Part shown: in pieces, positions 11,555 through 20,918 of the stretch
Numbering within the stretch: position 1 is the stretch's first letter
How the letters are laid out: every line of letters starts with the position of its first letter
Origin: Neisseriaceae bacterium CLB_ANTARCTIC_008
GTDB lineage: Bacteria; Pseudomonadota; Gammaproteobacteria; Burkholderiales; Neisseriaceae
Length of the DNA stretch: 40,000 nucleotides
Direction of reading: 5' to 3'
Assembly (NCBI GenBank): GCA_041228285.1
Contig: CP166133.1
Coordinates: 1,853,380-1,893,379, forward strand
Translations under genes and position numbers: made by a program
Notes under the pieces: model-generated
What the model was told of the DNA's origin: nothing
What the model saw: only the letters and a program-made list of their open reading frames with translations
The model's database searches: none

Positions 11555-12039
11555 TACGCACCACCTTCTTTTAGGCGGACAATCTCTGTATCAGCTTCGG
11601 CGATCAGCTGATCTAGCTCTTCCAATTCACTGGCAAAAGCTTCTTCTTTGCGTTTGGTTGTTGATTTAAGACCCTTGGGCATCACCACTCTTTTACGAGA
11701 CAAGGCCTTCTGAAAGCGGGTCGAATTGGCTTCGGCCGACTTGATGATTTCTGCGATTGATTTACGGACGTCGTCCTGCTCTTTGATGGGCAGGATTTTA
11801 CCGTTCAGGCGGACTTGATAGATGTCACCGGTGGACTTGACGCGCAACACCAGCTGCTGACTATCGGCCAAGGCAATACAAATTTCACGGTATGAAATAC
11901 TGTTTTCGCGCTTGGTTTTATCGCCCACCCATGATGAGGCGATTTCGGCGCCCGCGCGCTTGAATACAGACACCAGTTTTTTAGGTGCTGTTTTAGGATT
12001 TGGGATCAACTCGTCCCAAGAAAATAGATCGTTCGACAT
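11554..12039 (-). CDS. hypothetical protein (161 aa from second Met)
   Basis: ORF between TerL and the 826-aa gene. The track's first ATG lies inside a hairpin/T-run, so the second Met (12039) is preferred. C-terminal coiled-coil-like tail. Confidence 0.5.
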
Positions 12040-12071
12040 AAAAAAGCCCACTGTGCGTTAACAATGGGCTT
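12040..12071 (-). terminator. hairpin plus T-run between terL and the next gene
   Basis: AAGCCCA (12044-12050) pairs with TGGGCTT (12065-12071); T6 follows on the minus strand. Near-copy of the hairpin at 15481-15510. Confidence 0.45.
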
Positions 12072-12116
12072 ATTATGAGTTTGTTTAAATAGGCTTAATG
12101 GCCCCGTTCCCTTTCT

Positions 12117-13700
12117 CTAGGCCACCTCTCCCATCATTTTCTTTTTAGCAGCCAGCATGCGCTCTTTACGCTTGTCCTTCTTGGTGCCGCCAGCAAAAGC
12201 TGCCTCACTAACGTTGTAATGCACCCCTTCAAGAAAAGCGAAAGCCTTGGTGTCCATAATGTCTGGTGACTTAATGCCCTGCTTACGCATGTCTTCTTTC
12301 TTCATCATCTGGTACTGAACCTTCTCGGTGAAGAAATACGGCAGGTGTGTAGCCTGGTAGATAAAGCTGGCACGTAATGCGGGGCTCATCTCCTTGTAGG
12401 CGAACCGTACATTTTTCTGCCTCATGGCATCACGTAAGTGCACATAGCACTGAGCCCGCAGATTCACGAAGCGCTTTTTGTTCTCCTTCTTAAAGCATGG
12501 ATCACCCCAACGCACGCGGTGCACATCGACGCCCTCATCCTCCAAAGCTTTACACAGTTCAAGGCCATTACCGCCCGAGTCAATCAACATGCGGGCATTC
12601 GACAACTCTCCGTAAATCTCCAGCAGCAGGCCCTTAAACTTGGCCACGGTCGTGGTGTTGATGTGCAAGGGAATACCCACATACTCAACGCGGCGCGGGT
12701 TGGGCCCAGTGATGTCGTCGTCACCGGTCACTCTAGCCAAAGTGCACACCGAATAATCTCGGTACTCGCCGGCGCCAACGTCCACCAGCATAAACCAGCC
12801 CCATGGCTCGCCATCCTCAATCAGCTGGGACTTTTCATTGTAGATGGCGTCGATCATGCGCCGGTGAATCAGGTTGAGCTCTTCATTTTCGGCAAACTTA
12901 CCCAGCACACGAACGCGGTACTCCACTGAGTCTCGGCCACCAGCCTGCAAAGCGATACTGCGCAGATACTCAACCGAAACATGCGGCGCCCGCTCCGAGT
13001 TAAAGCATAGATTCACCCAGTCACCATCGTTGGCCAACGAAAGATTGTGGTGGCTGTCGTAAAAAAAACCCGTGGTCTTGGCGCCCTGAGACAGTAAAAC
13101 TGTTCTGTTACCATCCTGCGTCTGGGTGCCGTTGATCACGTTGAAGTGCTCGTCCTGAACACCAGCGGCCTCATCGACCACGATCAACTGCCAATACCGG
13201 TGCTTACCCGCAATCGAAATAGATTGGCCCTTGGCCATGGCCACCTTGGTGATGAACCACTGATCCTTGTAGCCCTGAATGAATACCCGCTCAGCCTTCA
13301 TTTGGGTGCGTTGGATCAGCCAGTTTAGGTGGCCAGTCATTTTAATGCGCTGGATGGTGTCGTTCATCTCCTTCCAAACACCATCTGTCACCTGCTGTAA
13401 AGACGACGCGCCGATGTACGCGTTGCTGCCAATCTCTAACTTGCCATCATAGTAGGCAACCGGATGGCACCATAAGTGCCAAAGCAGCAGCTGGGCAATC
13501 TCGGTCGTCTTGCCGGTACCGGTACCAGACACCACGCTGACTTTTGCTCGTGGGTCCACAATCACATGGGCAAAGTCCTGCTGATCCTCAGACAAAGCAA
13601 GGCCGGCCACCTCGTAGCAAAACAACTCAAAATTGGTTGCGTATCGCTCAACAAAGGAGTGGTATGCCGGCAGGTCTAAAATGGAACGTCTAGCGGCCAC
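12117..13700 (-). CDS. terL: terminase large subunit
   Basis: Walker A VSGTGTGKTT; Walker B LIVVDEAAG. C-terminal RNaseH-like nuclease signatures MLVDVGAGE, MLIDSGGNGLELCKAL and SPDIMDTKAFAF. Confidence 0.85.
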   Translation of the reverse strand: MAARRSILDLPAYHSFVERYATNFELFCYEVAGLALSEDQQDFAHVIVDPRAKVSVVSGTGTGKTTEIAQLLLWHLWCHPVAYYDGKLEIGSNAYIGASSLQQVTDGVWKEMNDTIQRIKMTGHLNWLIQRTQMKAERVFIQGYKDQWFITKVAMAKGQSISIAGKHRYWQLIVVDEAAGVQDEHFNVINGTQTQDGNRTVLLSQGAKTTGFFYDSHHNLSLANDGDWVNLCFNSERAPHVSVEYLRSIALQAGGRDSVEYRVRVLGKFAENEELNLIHRRMIDAIYNEKSQLIEDGEPWGWFMLVDVGAGEYRDYSVCTLARVTGDDDITGPNPRRVEYVGIPLHINTTTVAKFKGLLLEIYGELSNARMLIDSGGNGLELCKALEDEGVDVHRVRWGDPCFKKENKKRFVNLRAQCYVHLRDAMRQKNVRFAYKEMSPALRASFIYQATHLPYFFTEKVQYQMMKKEDMRKQGIKSPDIMDTKAFAFLEGVHYNVSEAAFAGGTKKDKRKERMLAAKKKMMGEVA

Positions 13701-13703
13701 AGG

Positions 13704-13946
13704 TTATCTCCCAAGGCCTTTAATTAGGTTGGACAGCCCATTGGCTATGGTTTTACAAATCGCCTCTGCTGCGCGCTGAATGCTCTCAACGATGATTTTC
13801 ATTTTCTGGGCCTCATCGTCGTTTTCAATATGATTTTTCCACGCCTTGGTTGCGACCAGGTCATCAATGAACGATACCGGCTGACTAAGAATTTCACTAA
13901 AAGGCTGTCGTGCTTCAAGTGCCAGGCTAGACACCAGCGACATCAT
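13704..13946 (-). CDS. small hypothetical protein (80 aa) upstream of terL
   Basis: Only the C-terminal part of the 154-aa track ORF does not overlap the 273-aa gene. ATG-ATG at 13946/13943; stop 4 nt before the terL start. Confidence 0.4.
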   Translation of the reverse strand: MMSLVSSLALEARQPFSEILSQPVSFIDDLVATKAWKNHIENDDEAQKMKIIVESIQRAAEAICKTIANGLSNLIKGLGR

Positions 13947-14748
13947 ATCCGCCCCATGCTTCAAACGCGTCTTCGCTGATAAGGGAATCAAATTGAAATC
14001 GGTAGGGTGGCAAACCCTCACCCCCTTTCCCTTCATCCCATGGCACCAACACAAATCCATCATCAAAAACACGCAACCGCACGATATGATCCATGATGGC
14101 CGTACCGGTATAAAACTCGCCCAACAGGGTTTTGTATGAGCTGGCGGGCATGGCCAATAGTGTCTCAATGTTGTTCTTGATAAAGCTGTCGATGCTCACC
14201 TCGTCAAACACATTCATGTCGGTACCGGCCGCATGGACTTGTGCCGCGATACAGGCCATCTCCCATGCTGCATCTTTATTTGATACACCCCGCACATCCC
14301 CACGCAACACGGCGCGCTCCACAGCCTCAACCCATGCCGTGGTTAACGGGCGCATTTCCAGCTGGTCTGGATCATCGGACCCTGCATCCAATTCAAAACG
14401 ATACACCAGCTCATCAGGCCCAACGCTGTATTTGTTTTTTGTGATGGGATGGTCGGCGCCGTCACGGCCCAAATAATCAATAATCGTAGCCTCAAGGTCT
14501 GGCCCAATATTGAATGCCTCGCCCTTGTTGTGAAGGTGGACTTGGTAATGGATCACCGCGGCGTACCGCTCTTGGGCCGTCCAATGAGCCAGCGCTAGGT
14601 TGCTGTCCAACAAGAACGCTTCAATGGATTTGGTGATCCCAAGTTCATTGTGCTCAACGGGCATTTTGCACAGCTCAATAATCGAGCCAACACTCAGCTC
14701 TTTAAACGTCGCATTAATGCGTGACGTCACGAATGGCGGTATATGCAT
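13927..14748 (-). CDS. hypothetical protein (273 aa) between terS and terL
   Basis: ORF starts 3 nt after the terS stop; no motif recognised. Confidence 0.6.
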   Translation of the reverse strand: MHIPPFVTSRINATFKELSVGSIIELCKMPVEHNELGITKSIEAFLLDSNLALAHWTAQERYAAVIHYQVHLHNKGEAFNIGPDLEATIIDYLGRDGADHPITKNKYSVGPDELVYRFELDAGSDDPDQLEMRPLTTAWVEAVERAVLRGDVRGVSNKDAAWEMACIAAQVHAAGTDMNVFDEVSIDSFIKNNIETLLAMPASSYKTLLGEFYTGTAIMDHIVRLRVFDDGFVLVPWDEGKGGEGLPPYRFQFDSLISEDAFEAWGGYDVAGV

Positions 14749-14750
14749 GG

Positions 14751-15461
14751 TTATTCCTCATCATCTAAGTTTTGATTGGCCAGTCGGCGTCGAACCTCCT
14801 CGGCCTTAGCCATGGCCAAAGCCATATTCTTCTCACCAATTGCCTGAAGTGCTTGGATGCTCTCTTCGCTAGCGTCAACGTTCAGATCAACAGACACTTG
14901 GTTGCCCCACAGCTTCGGACGCAACTTAGAGGCCGTCCATTTACGGGCCTCAATCATCAGCTTGGAACGCTCCACGCTCTTCTTGCTGTAATCAATATCC
15001 CCATTAGCCTTAAATTCAACGTCCAATGACGAATCATCGGCAATACGCACAATCTCATCAGCCAGGTAATCTGCTCGAATCGCACAGGCATCATCGTACT
15101 GCCCGCGAAGCTCACCTTTCTCATCAGCATGTAGAGCCCGATAAAACCGAATACGTGGCGGCATCCCCTCTTTTCGGCAAACATCAGCAATAGACATACC
15201 GCCCATGATGTACTCCATCATCTGAGCGAATATTTCAGGTGGTATGGTGTGGCCAGGCAATTCAGACTTAGGCTTCGATTTGGGCCCGCTTTTAGCGGCC
15301 ACCTTTGCCTTTGCGGCCGCTTTAGGCTTAACCGGTGCCTTCTGCTTTGAGGCAGGCTCTTTGGCCGGGGCCTTCGCACTTGTAGCACTGGCCTTTGAGG
15401 CCGTTTTTTTAGTTTTTTCGGCCAGGGCAGAATCAGTCTTTTTGCTTTCAGATTTACTCAT
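14751..15461 (-). CDS. terS: terminase small subunit
   Basis: Lys/Ala-rich N-terminus; HTH-like GMSIADVCRKEGMPPRIRFYRAL; C-terminal ERSKLMIEARKWTASKLRPKLWG is typical of phage TerS families; lies upstream of terL. Confidence 0.7.
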   Translation of the reverse strand: MSKSESKKTDSALAEKTKKTASKASATSAKAPAKEPASKQKAPVKPKAAAKAKVAAKSGPKSKPKSELPGHTIPPEIFAQMMEYIMGGMSIADVCRKEGMPPRIRFYRALHADEKGELRGQYDDACAIRADYLADEIVRIADDSSLDVEFKANGDIDYSKKSVERSKLMIEARKWTASKLRPKLWGNQVSVDLNVDASEESIQALQAIGEKNMALAMAKAEEVRRRLANQNLDDEE

Positions 15462-15475
15462 GCAATCCTTCCCAT

Positions 15476-15510
15476 AAAAAATAAGCCCACTATTTTCATA
15501 ATGGGCTTAT
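15476..15510 (-). terminator. intrinsic terminator immediately upstream of terS
   Basis: ATAAGCCCA (15481-15489) pairs with TGGGCTTAT (15502-15510); T-run on the minus strand ends 14 nt before the terS ATG. Confidence 0.6.
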
Positions 15511-15696
15511 TGTTCCTCACTTTTGAGTGCTGGTTTTAACGCGTTCCCTTTAATAGGCCGGTTCTAATTAACTTTAAAAAACTGCTGGCAATATAGAAAA
15601 CCTACTATCTGACATATCAAAAAAACTCATTTCCTAACGTATGCCGAAACCTTTTTATGAACTCGGAAAAACATCTATTCAGAACGTATAGGCGAA

Positions 15697-15723
15697 AAAA
15701 TACCCCATGGTTAAATAGGGTAA
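15697..15723 (+). repeat. short member of the AAAATACCCC...GGGGTAA hairpin family
   Basis: AAAATACCCCA-tggttaaata-GGGTAA; the 5' arm is identical to the copy at 24551. Confidence 0.35.
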
Positions 15724-15747
15724 ATTCTTACAACAACAATCATCTGC

Positions 15748-16044
15748 CTAGACTGGTACAACTCCCACACGCAATCCCATAGCAGCTAATAGTTTGCTTA
15801 CCGTCTCATAACGTGGCTTAGCATCAGGAGCCAGTGTTTTATAAAGACTTTCACGGCCCAACCCTGCATCTTTCGCTACCTGCGTCATACCCCTAGCCTT
15901 AGCCACGTCAGAAATAGCAGCCAACAACACATTAAGATCACCGTCTTGCTCTACACTGGCCAGTGCCTCATTAATGTACTCAGCGATCACCTCTTCATTG
16001 TCTAGGTAGTCGGCAATATCAAAATTTAATAATTTATCGTTCAT
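15748..16044 (-). CDS. addiction-module antidote protein, HigA/XRE family
   Basis: …DVAKARGMTQVAKDAGLGRESLYKTLAPDAKPRYETVSKLLAAMGLRV is the classic pattern of the antidote partnered with killer proteins; starts 3 nt after the toxin stop. Confidence 0.85.
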   Translation of the reverse strand: MNDKLLNFDIADYLDNEEVIAEYINEALASVEQDGDLNVLLAAISDVAKARGMTQVAKDAGLGRESLYKTLAPDAKPRYETVSKLLAAMGLRVGVVPV

Positions 16045-16046
16045 AG

Positions 16047-16337
16047 CTATACCTCCTTGGCCATTTCCTTGGCCTTTACAATATCTGCCTGCTGGCTACT
16101 TTTGTCACCACCAGCCAACATGATAATAAGTACATTTTCCCTCATGGTGTAATAAAGACGATAACCAGCGCCTTCTGTGATACGCATCTCACTGACGCCA
16201 TCACCAAGGCTTTTAATGTCACCCAAATTACCCCCCATCGCCCTACGTAAGCGCACAAGCACTTTTGCTTTGGCTCGGTTGTCCCTCATGCTAGACAGCC
16301 ATTTAGCGAACATCTCGGTTTGTTGAATACTGTACAT
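16047..16337 (-). CDS. type II toxin, RelE/ParE superfamily (addiction-module killer protein)
   Basis: MYSIQQTEMFAKWLSSMRDNRAKAKVLVRLRRAMGGNLGDIKSLGDGVSEMRI…GYRLYY… matches the killer-protein family architecture. Confidence 0.85.
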   Translation of the reverse strand: MYSIQQTEMFAKWLSSMRDNRAKAKVLVRLRRAMGGNLGDIKSLGDGVSEMRITEGAGYRLYYTMRENVLIIMLAGGDKSSQQADIVKAKEMAKEV

Positions 16338-16587
16338 GCCTCATTATGTATCCAAATAGATACAATTGCAAGTAATATCATCCAATGCCATACGCCATAC
16401 AATAAAGAGTTTCCTTTATTACTGGGGCACCTGCCCTAGCCAGAACGAATCACAATGCGTCTCAGGCTCGCGCGTGCGCGCGTATCTGTTTCGTGGCGCC
16501 AGCTTGGCTTCTATGATGTATTGTGCTGGCCCAAAAAAGCCACCCCTTAAGGATGGCTGAAACAATTGAAGCCTTATCATTATTCAT

Positions 16588-17241
16588 TTAGCACCCTTGG
16601 GTCTTACATGCAACTCCCCACATGATAAAAGCAGGAGCAACAAGCATAGGGCCCAAGATTGCCTTACCATTTACACTAACTTCCTTACCATAAGACTCAA
16701 CCGTCACTTCCAATGGTTTTTTTAATAAATATTTTTCTAGTAATTCATCACGATTATCTAGCTTAACCACTCTACCTTCTAAGTAATAATTACCACTTAA
16801 CAAAGGTTTATTTATATTCCGATCAGGTAACAGTTTATTCATTGCTTTTGTACCCTCGGTTCCCAGTACATTCACAATACCAAATTTGTAATTTTTAACT
16901 AAATCATCAACTTCTTCCTTAGTAAAAATTTCTTTATCTAAATAGATACTGTAGTTCCCACGTATTTCATTTGTATTCTTTGTGTAATCCCAAAAATTGG
17001 CAGTAGTAAATAATATTTTATTTTTATATGTAGAATTTAAAAAACTTTGCAGCCTAATTACTGAGTTTCCATTAAATTCATATTCAAACTCCGGCCCTGC
17101 AGCATAGAGCTTATCCCCCTGAATAAAAACCGCCTGGATACTTTCTTCCCTACTATGCTTATAAACAGTAGAAGTAACGCAGCTACTTAAAAACATACTA
17201 GCCGCCAACGAGAATATCAGTTCTTTTACCAAGCCATTCAC
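16588..17241 (-). CDS. putative lipoprotein
   Basis: Signal peptide ending in lipobox LSSC (…AASMFLSSCVTS); AT-rich. Confidence 0.6.
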   Translation of the reverse strand: MNGLVKELIFSLAASMFLSSCVTSTVYKHSREESIQAVFIQGDKLYAAGPEFEYEFNGNSVIRLQSFLNSTYKNKILFTTANFWDYTKNTNEIRGNYSIYLDKEIFTKEEVDDLVKNYKFGIVNVLGTEGTKAMNKLLPDRNINKPLLSGNYYLEGRVVKLDNRDELLEKYLLKKPLEVTVESYGKEVSVNGKAILGPMLVAPAFIMWGVACKTQGC

Positions 17242-17369
17242 CGTAAATTTATTTTTATACTCTATCAGTTTACCACCAGTTTATAACCTAAATTCATAAA
17301 TGTTTTCCTTATAAATAAAGCCCACCCTTTCGAGGTGAGCTGTTTACTTACTTTCCATCATTGGCGTAA

Positions 17370-17933
17370 CTACAACGGCAATTCAACCTTTAGTGTTCGT
17401 ATCTCATTACCATTCTCATCAACCAACTCAATTCCAACCGCATGCAACCTACAGATTGGATCTTTATTATCATCCCAACAACTGGGCATATCTGCTTTCA
17501 AGCCACTAGCTTTATCAAGTAGTTTAGATTCTTCCTTGGTAATGAAAGCAATGCCAAGACATTGGTACATTAATCTAGCTCCATCATCTAATAGCTTATC
17601 AAGCTCATCACCTACCAGCTCTAACTTACCATCAAAGAGCTCACAAACTTTATTACATATAAATGATAATGGAACAATATGTTCTAAATGCCTACTTTCT
17701 TTTGTGGCGTAATATTTTTTAGAAAACCCTCTAAAAATCAAAGCTTTCTCAGGGTGCAGCAATAACGTCAAAGCTCTTGAATGATAACCAAGCAGGCTTC
17801 CATCATTATCATGGATCACTCGATCCTTTTGGAATGTTAAGGTGTTATATAAATGTTGGGTATATAGCCGGCATGTCTTAAGCAAGAAATCATCTAAGCC
17901 AGTCATAATATTACTTTCTTCATAGAAACTCAC
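17370..17933 (-). CDS. hypothetical protein (187 aa)
   Basis: AT-rich ORF with GTG start (alternative ATG at 17906); no confident motif. Confidence 0.45.
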   Translation of the reverse strand: MSFYEESNIMTGLDDFLLKTCRLYTQHLYNTLTFQKDRVIHDNDGSLLGYHSRALTLLLHPEKALIFRGFSKKYYATKESRHLEHIVPLSFICNKVCELFDGKLELVGDELDKLLDDGARLMYQCLGIAFITKEESKLLDKASGLKADMPSCWDDNKDPICRLHAVGIELVDENGNEIRTLKVELPL

Positions 17934-18018
17934 TTATATTATTAATATTTAAATTAAATAAAACAGTATTATATTACTATCTCCCAAACTACTAAAACAT
18001 TAAGCTTGGTCTATAAAT

Positions 18019-18693
18019 TTAGCCATCATCACCAAGGCCTAAATCAAGCATTTGCTGGCAGTTCTGGTTGCCTACGACACTTACGCTTTCAACAATCAGC
18101 TCAGGGCATTGGTGTATCAAACGCTGCTTTTTAATTGCCTCTTTTGTGTCCTGAAGGTTTGCCTTGAAACGCTCTAGCCCAGCCTGAACCTTGGCTCCAT
18201 TACGCACTTCGTTTTCAAAGTATTCGGGGTTCACATCAATCATTCGTTCCATGGCGATTAGCAGCTCTTGGCCAGCATCAACAAGGTTATTGATCTTCTG
18301 ATCCTTGAGCACCCCTTGGCTTGCGATCTGCCCCACCATTTGGCCTATCTGGCCTAAGTACACATTCCCCATTGCATGAAGCATCTCAGTCACCTCTAAG
18401 CTTGTTCTGGTCTCAACAGGCATATTGTTTGAGCCAACCAGGTAATCAATGGACACGCCATAAAATTCAGCCATCTGGACGATCCAACGAATAGGGATCG
18501 ACTTTTTACCGTTCTCCCACTCAGACAAATTGGATTTATGCATCCCCAGTGCCTCTCTTACACGTTGAGGTGACATACCCAGCTGCTGTCGAACAGTTTT
18601 AAGCCGTTCACCGATCAGCCGGTTAATCGTTTGGTTATCCGCAGAGACTTGCTTAGGACTAACCTTAGGTGGTGTTTTAATAGAAATTGGCAT
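18019..18693 (-). CDS. XRE-family HTH regulator (224 aa)
   Basis: LIGERLKTVRQQLGMSPQRVREALGMHKSNLSEWENGKKSIPIRWIVQMAEFYGVSIDYLVG. Confidence 0.75.
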   Translation of the reverse strand: MPISIKTPPKVSPKQVSADNQTINRLIGERLKTVRQQLGMSPQRVREALGMHKSNLSEWENGKKSIPIRWIVQMAEFYGVSIDYLVGSNNMPVETRTSLEVTEMLHAMGNVYLGQIGQMVGQIASQGVLKDQKINNLVDAGQELLIAMERMIDVNPEYFENEVRNGAKVQAGLERFKANLQDTKEAIKKQRLIHQCPELIVESVSVVGNQNCQQMLDLGLGDDG

Positions 18694-18731
18694 GATGCAA
18701 TCCTCCCTACTATTCTGTTTACGGTCCTTGG

Positions 18732-19340
18732 TTAATTACCAAGAGCCATTAAATGATCCACCGCCGCCTGCGCCTCAGCTTCACTACTAAATGTCTTACT
18801 TAAAACCATGCTCCATGCCACGTTAAAAACACGCTTATAGAAATCGTTAAACTCATCCTGGTTCATACGCGCAAAGCTGATCGATTTAACTTTCTTAGTA
18901 AAGCCTGCCGGTGTATCCACCAGATCGTAATGCCCTGCTTCTCTGGCTAACCAGTCACGAAGTCCATTAATGTCTTTGTATGGGACTTGTCCAACCTTTT
19001 CTGCCCTACCCACGGCCAAGGCTTTGAGTGCTTCCTTCCCCATATTGTGAATTTGGCCGCCCATCCCTAATAGCCGATCAATTCGCTTTGTGACCCAATC
19101 CACGACTTCAATCTCATTCTGGGCGATCAGGCCACCCTCTGGCTGCCAATACTCAAACACAGTAGGTAGGAAGCCACCAAAGAACAACCGGTGATGCTGT
19201 AACGACCTGTCAGTCTGTCTGGCCATTTCCATCTTTACAGCCTGACCGATCCTTATCCGTTTTAACTGCTCTGCGTCGTATTCCGTAGCAGGCCGAAGTG
19301 AGCCGTCTTGAGCTTTAACCATCATGATCTTAGTTGCCAC
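18732..19340 (-). CDS. DUF1367-family phage protein
   Basis: N-terminus …DGSLRPATEYDAEQLKRIRIGQAVKMEM…HHRLFFGGFLPTVFEYWQP resembles DUF1367 phage proteins as I recall them; overlaps the ninG stop. Confidence 0.5.
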   Translation of the reverse strand: MATKIMMVKAQDGSLRPATEYDAEQLKRIRIGQAVKMEMARQTDRSLQHHRLFFGGFLPTVFEYWQPEGGLIAQNEIEVVDWVTKRIDRLLGMGGQIHNMGKEALKALAVGRAEKVGQVPYKDINGLRDWLAREAGHYDLVDTPAGFTKKVKSISFARMNQDEFNDFYKRVFNVAWSMVLSKTFSSEAEAQAAVDHLMALGN

Positions 19341-19899
19341 GTTCGATCTCCTTTAATTTCGCTCGGTAGGTGGCCTTAATCGCCCTCAGTTGATCGTGCG
19401 TGTAATTCTTAGGGGGATGTTTACCCTCTAACCGCTCGACTCGTTCTAGACCGATTCTGACGATAAGACCAAGGCGGTAATCAACGGCGTTGCCTGACAG
19501 GTATCGGTTACACGAAATGCATTGTCCAAAAGTATTATCTTCATCAAATCTTAACTCTGGACATGAGCCGACGCTTCTGTAATGCCCTGCGTCTCGTTGG
19601 TTAGCTACGCCTGAATCTGGTTTACCGCAGCTGATACAAGGCTTGCCCTTATCACGCGCCCGAATGAATTTATTAAACTCGGCCTGAGCCTCTCGGATTA
19701 AAACTGGCTTAGTCTTGATTGACTCTTTGCGTAATGCTGTTTCTTTACGTTTTGCAGCTAAAGAGGCCTTAGCCTTTTTGGTATTGTCGGCCTTAACCTT
19801 GGCGATGGCACATGCTGGAGAGCAAACGGCTTGCATCGGTCTAACTGGGGCAAACAGAGCTTTGCACACTCGGCATTTCTTTTGCTTAACCTGACTCAT
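19330..19899 (-). CDS. ninG: NinG/Rap-like recombination endonuclease
   Basis: CRVCKALFAP…CSPACA…, then CISCGK…AGHYRS…RFDEDNTFGQCISCNRYLSGN, as in lambda NinG. Confidence 0.8.
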   Translation of the reverse strand: MSQVKQKKCRVCKALFAPVRPMQAVCSPACAIAKVKADNTKKAKASLAAKRKETALRKESIKTKPVLIREAQAEFNKFIRARDKGKPCISCGKPDSGVANQRDAGHYRSVGSCPELRFDEDNTFGQCISCNRYLSGNAVDYRLGLIVRIGLERVERLEGKHPPKNYTHDQLRAIKATYRAKLKEIERGN

Positions 19900-20807
19900 G
19901 ATCGACCACCAGCTAAGGCGCCTTTGAGCACATCTCCAAGTCTCATCGGTGCTGATCCACCTAATCCCCCTCCACTGCCATCACGGGCAGCAGCCTGTGC
20001 TGCCAGTAGTTGCTTGGCACCCTCGCCCAACTCAGGCCCAGCTGCCTGAGCCTTCGGAGCATCAGGCGGGACAACAGCAGGTCGTTGGTCAGCAACACGG
20101 TAAGTAGGCGCCTGTTTGGCAGCCTGAGCATTCAGCAGCCAGTCATGCTTAAACCCCACCCACCCTCGTTCAACACTGACCGTCACAGCCTGTTCTACAC
20201 TCAGCCCTGCCTTGCTAGCCTCTCGCACAACGCCCTGCATCGCAGTCACGGTCAGAGTCTTGTTGCCACGGACAGTGATGTAATCCTCAGCCAGCTGGTC
20301 AGTCACGCCGTGCTCAGCAAGAATTGCCAAAGCTGCTTCGTGTTTGGTTTGTTTTGCAGATTTCTTTTGTTTATTTTCTATATCTTTTCTAGTGTCAGGG
20401 TTAGTGTTCTTATATGTCGGATTTATTTCCGAGTTTTCTCGGATATTTTTCCGAGTTTCTTCGGATTTATTTCCGTCACTCGGATTTATTTCCGAGTCTC
20501 GGAACGACCACTCTTTCCCTTTTTGAGTGATCGCCACCATGTCTTTTTGGCCTAATTTAATATGGTCAATTAAGCCCAATTTTTTTAGGTCCATCATGTG
20601 ACGATAAACCGTGTCTGGCTTCGAATAAGCAACAGGCAACTCTTTAATAACTTCGTTGCGTGATGCCCAGTAGTAAACCTTGCCATCAATAAAGGATTCC
20701 TCTGCCCAGCCCGGTAGTTGGCTTAGCAAGTCCATCAAAGCGCCCTGAGTAAGGTTTAACCCCCACTCAAGGCACTTTTCATTATTGATGTTTGAGAAGT
20801 ATTTCAT
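19896..20807 (-). CDS. replication initiator (O-like; winged-helix N-terminus, DnaT/DnaD-like C-terminal part)
   Basis: Sits in the O position after cro/cII and contains iterons internally. N-terminal wHTH-like YSKPDTVYRHMMDLKKLGLIDH. The C-terminal module …LTVTAMQGVVREASKAGLSVEQAVTVSVERGWVGFKHDWL is typical of phage initiator/primosome-recruiting domains. Confidence 0.65.
   Translation of the reverse strand: MKYFSNINNEKCLEWGLNLTQGALMDLLSQLPGWAEESFIDGKVYYWASRNEVIKELPVAYSKPDTVYRHMMDLKKLGLIDHIKLGQKDMVAITQKGKEWSFRDSEINPSDGNKSEETRKNIRENSEINPTYKNTNPDTRKDIENKQKKSAKQTKHEAALAILAEHGVTDQLAEDYITVRGNKTLTVTAMQGVVREASKAGLSVEQAVTVSVERGWVGFKHDWLLNAQAAKQAPTYRVADQRPAVVPPDAPKAQAAGPELGEGAKQLLAAQAAARDGSGGGLGGSAPMRLGDVLKGALAGGRS
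20417..20510. repeat. iteron array (candidate ori) inside the O-like gene
   Basis: TCGGATTTATTTCCGAG at 20417 and 20480; TCGGATATTTTTCCGAG at 20439; TCGGATTTATTTCCGTC at 20461; partial TCGGAACGACC at 20499. Spacing 22/22/19/19 bp. Each unit has inverted ends TCGGA…TCCGA. Confidence 0.65.
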
Positions 20808-20918
20808 TTATCAGCCCTGCCGATCTTGATTTTCTATTTTGAATATGTCATTATTCATTTGTGTTTTCCCCTATTTCAAAACACATGATTAGCCACTGTT
20901 CACGCAGTGGCTTTTCTT

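Noticed and set aside
13704-14168. Full-length 154-aa minus-strand ORF
   Set aside because: Its first 74 codons overlap the 273-aa gene in another frame and translate to a Cys/Trp/Pro-rich sequence. Only the distal 80 codons, from the ATG at 13946, were kept.
20010-20555. 181-aa plus-strand ORF opposite the O-like gene
   Set aside because: It is antisense to the initiator gene and runs through the iterons. Its translation is low-complexity (F/S/L-rich).
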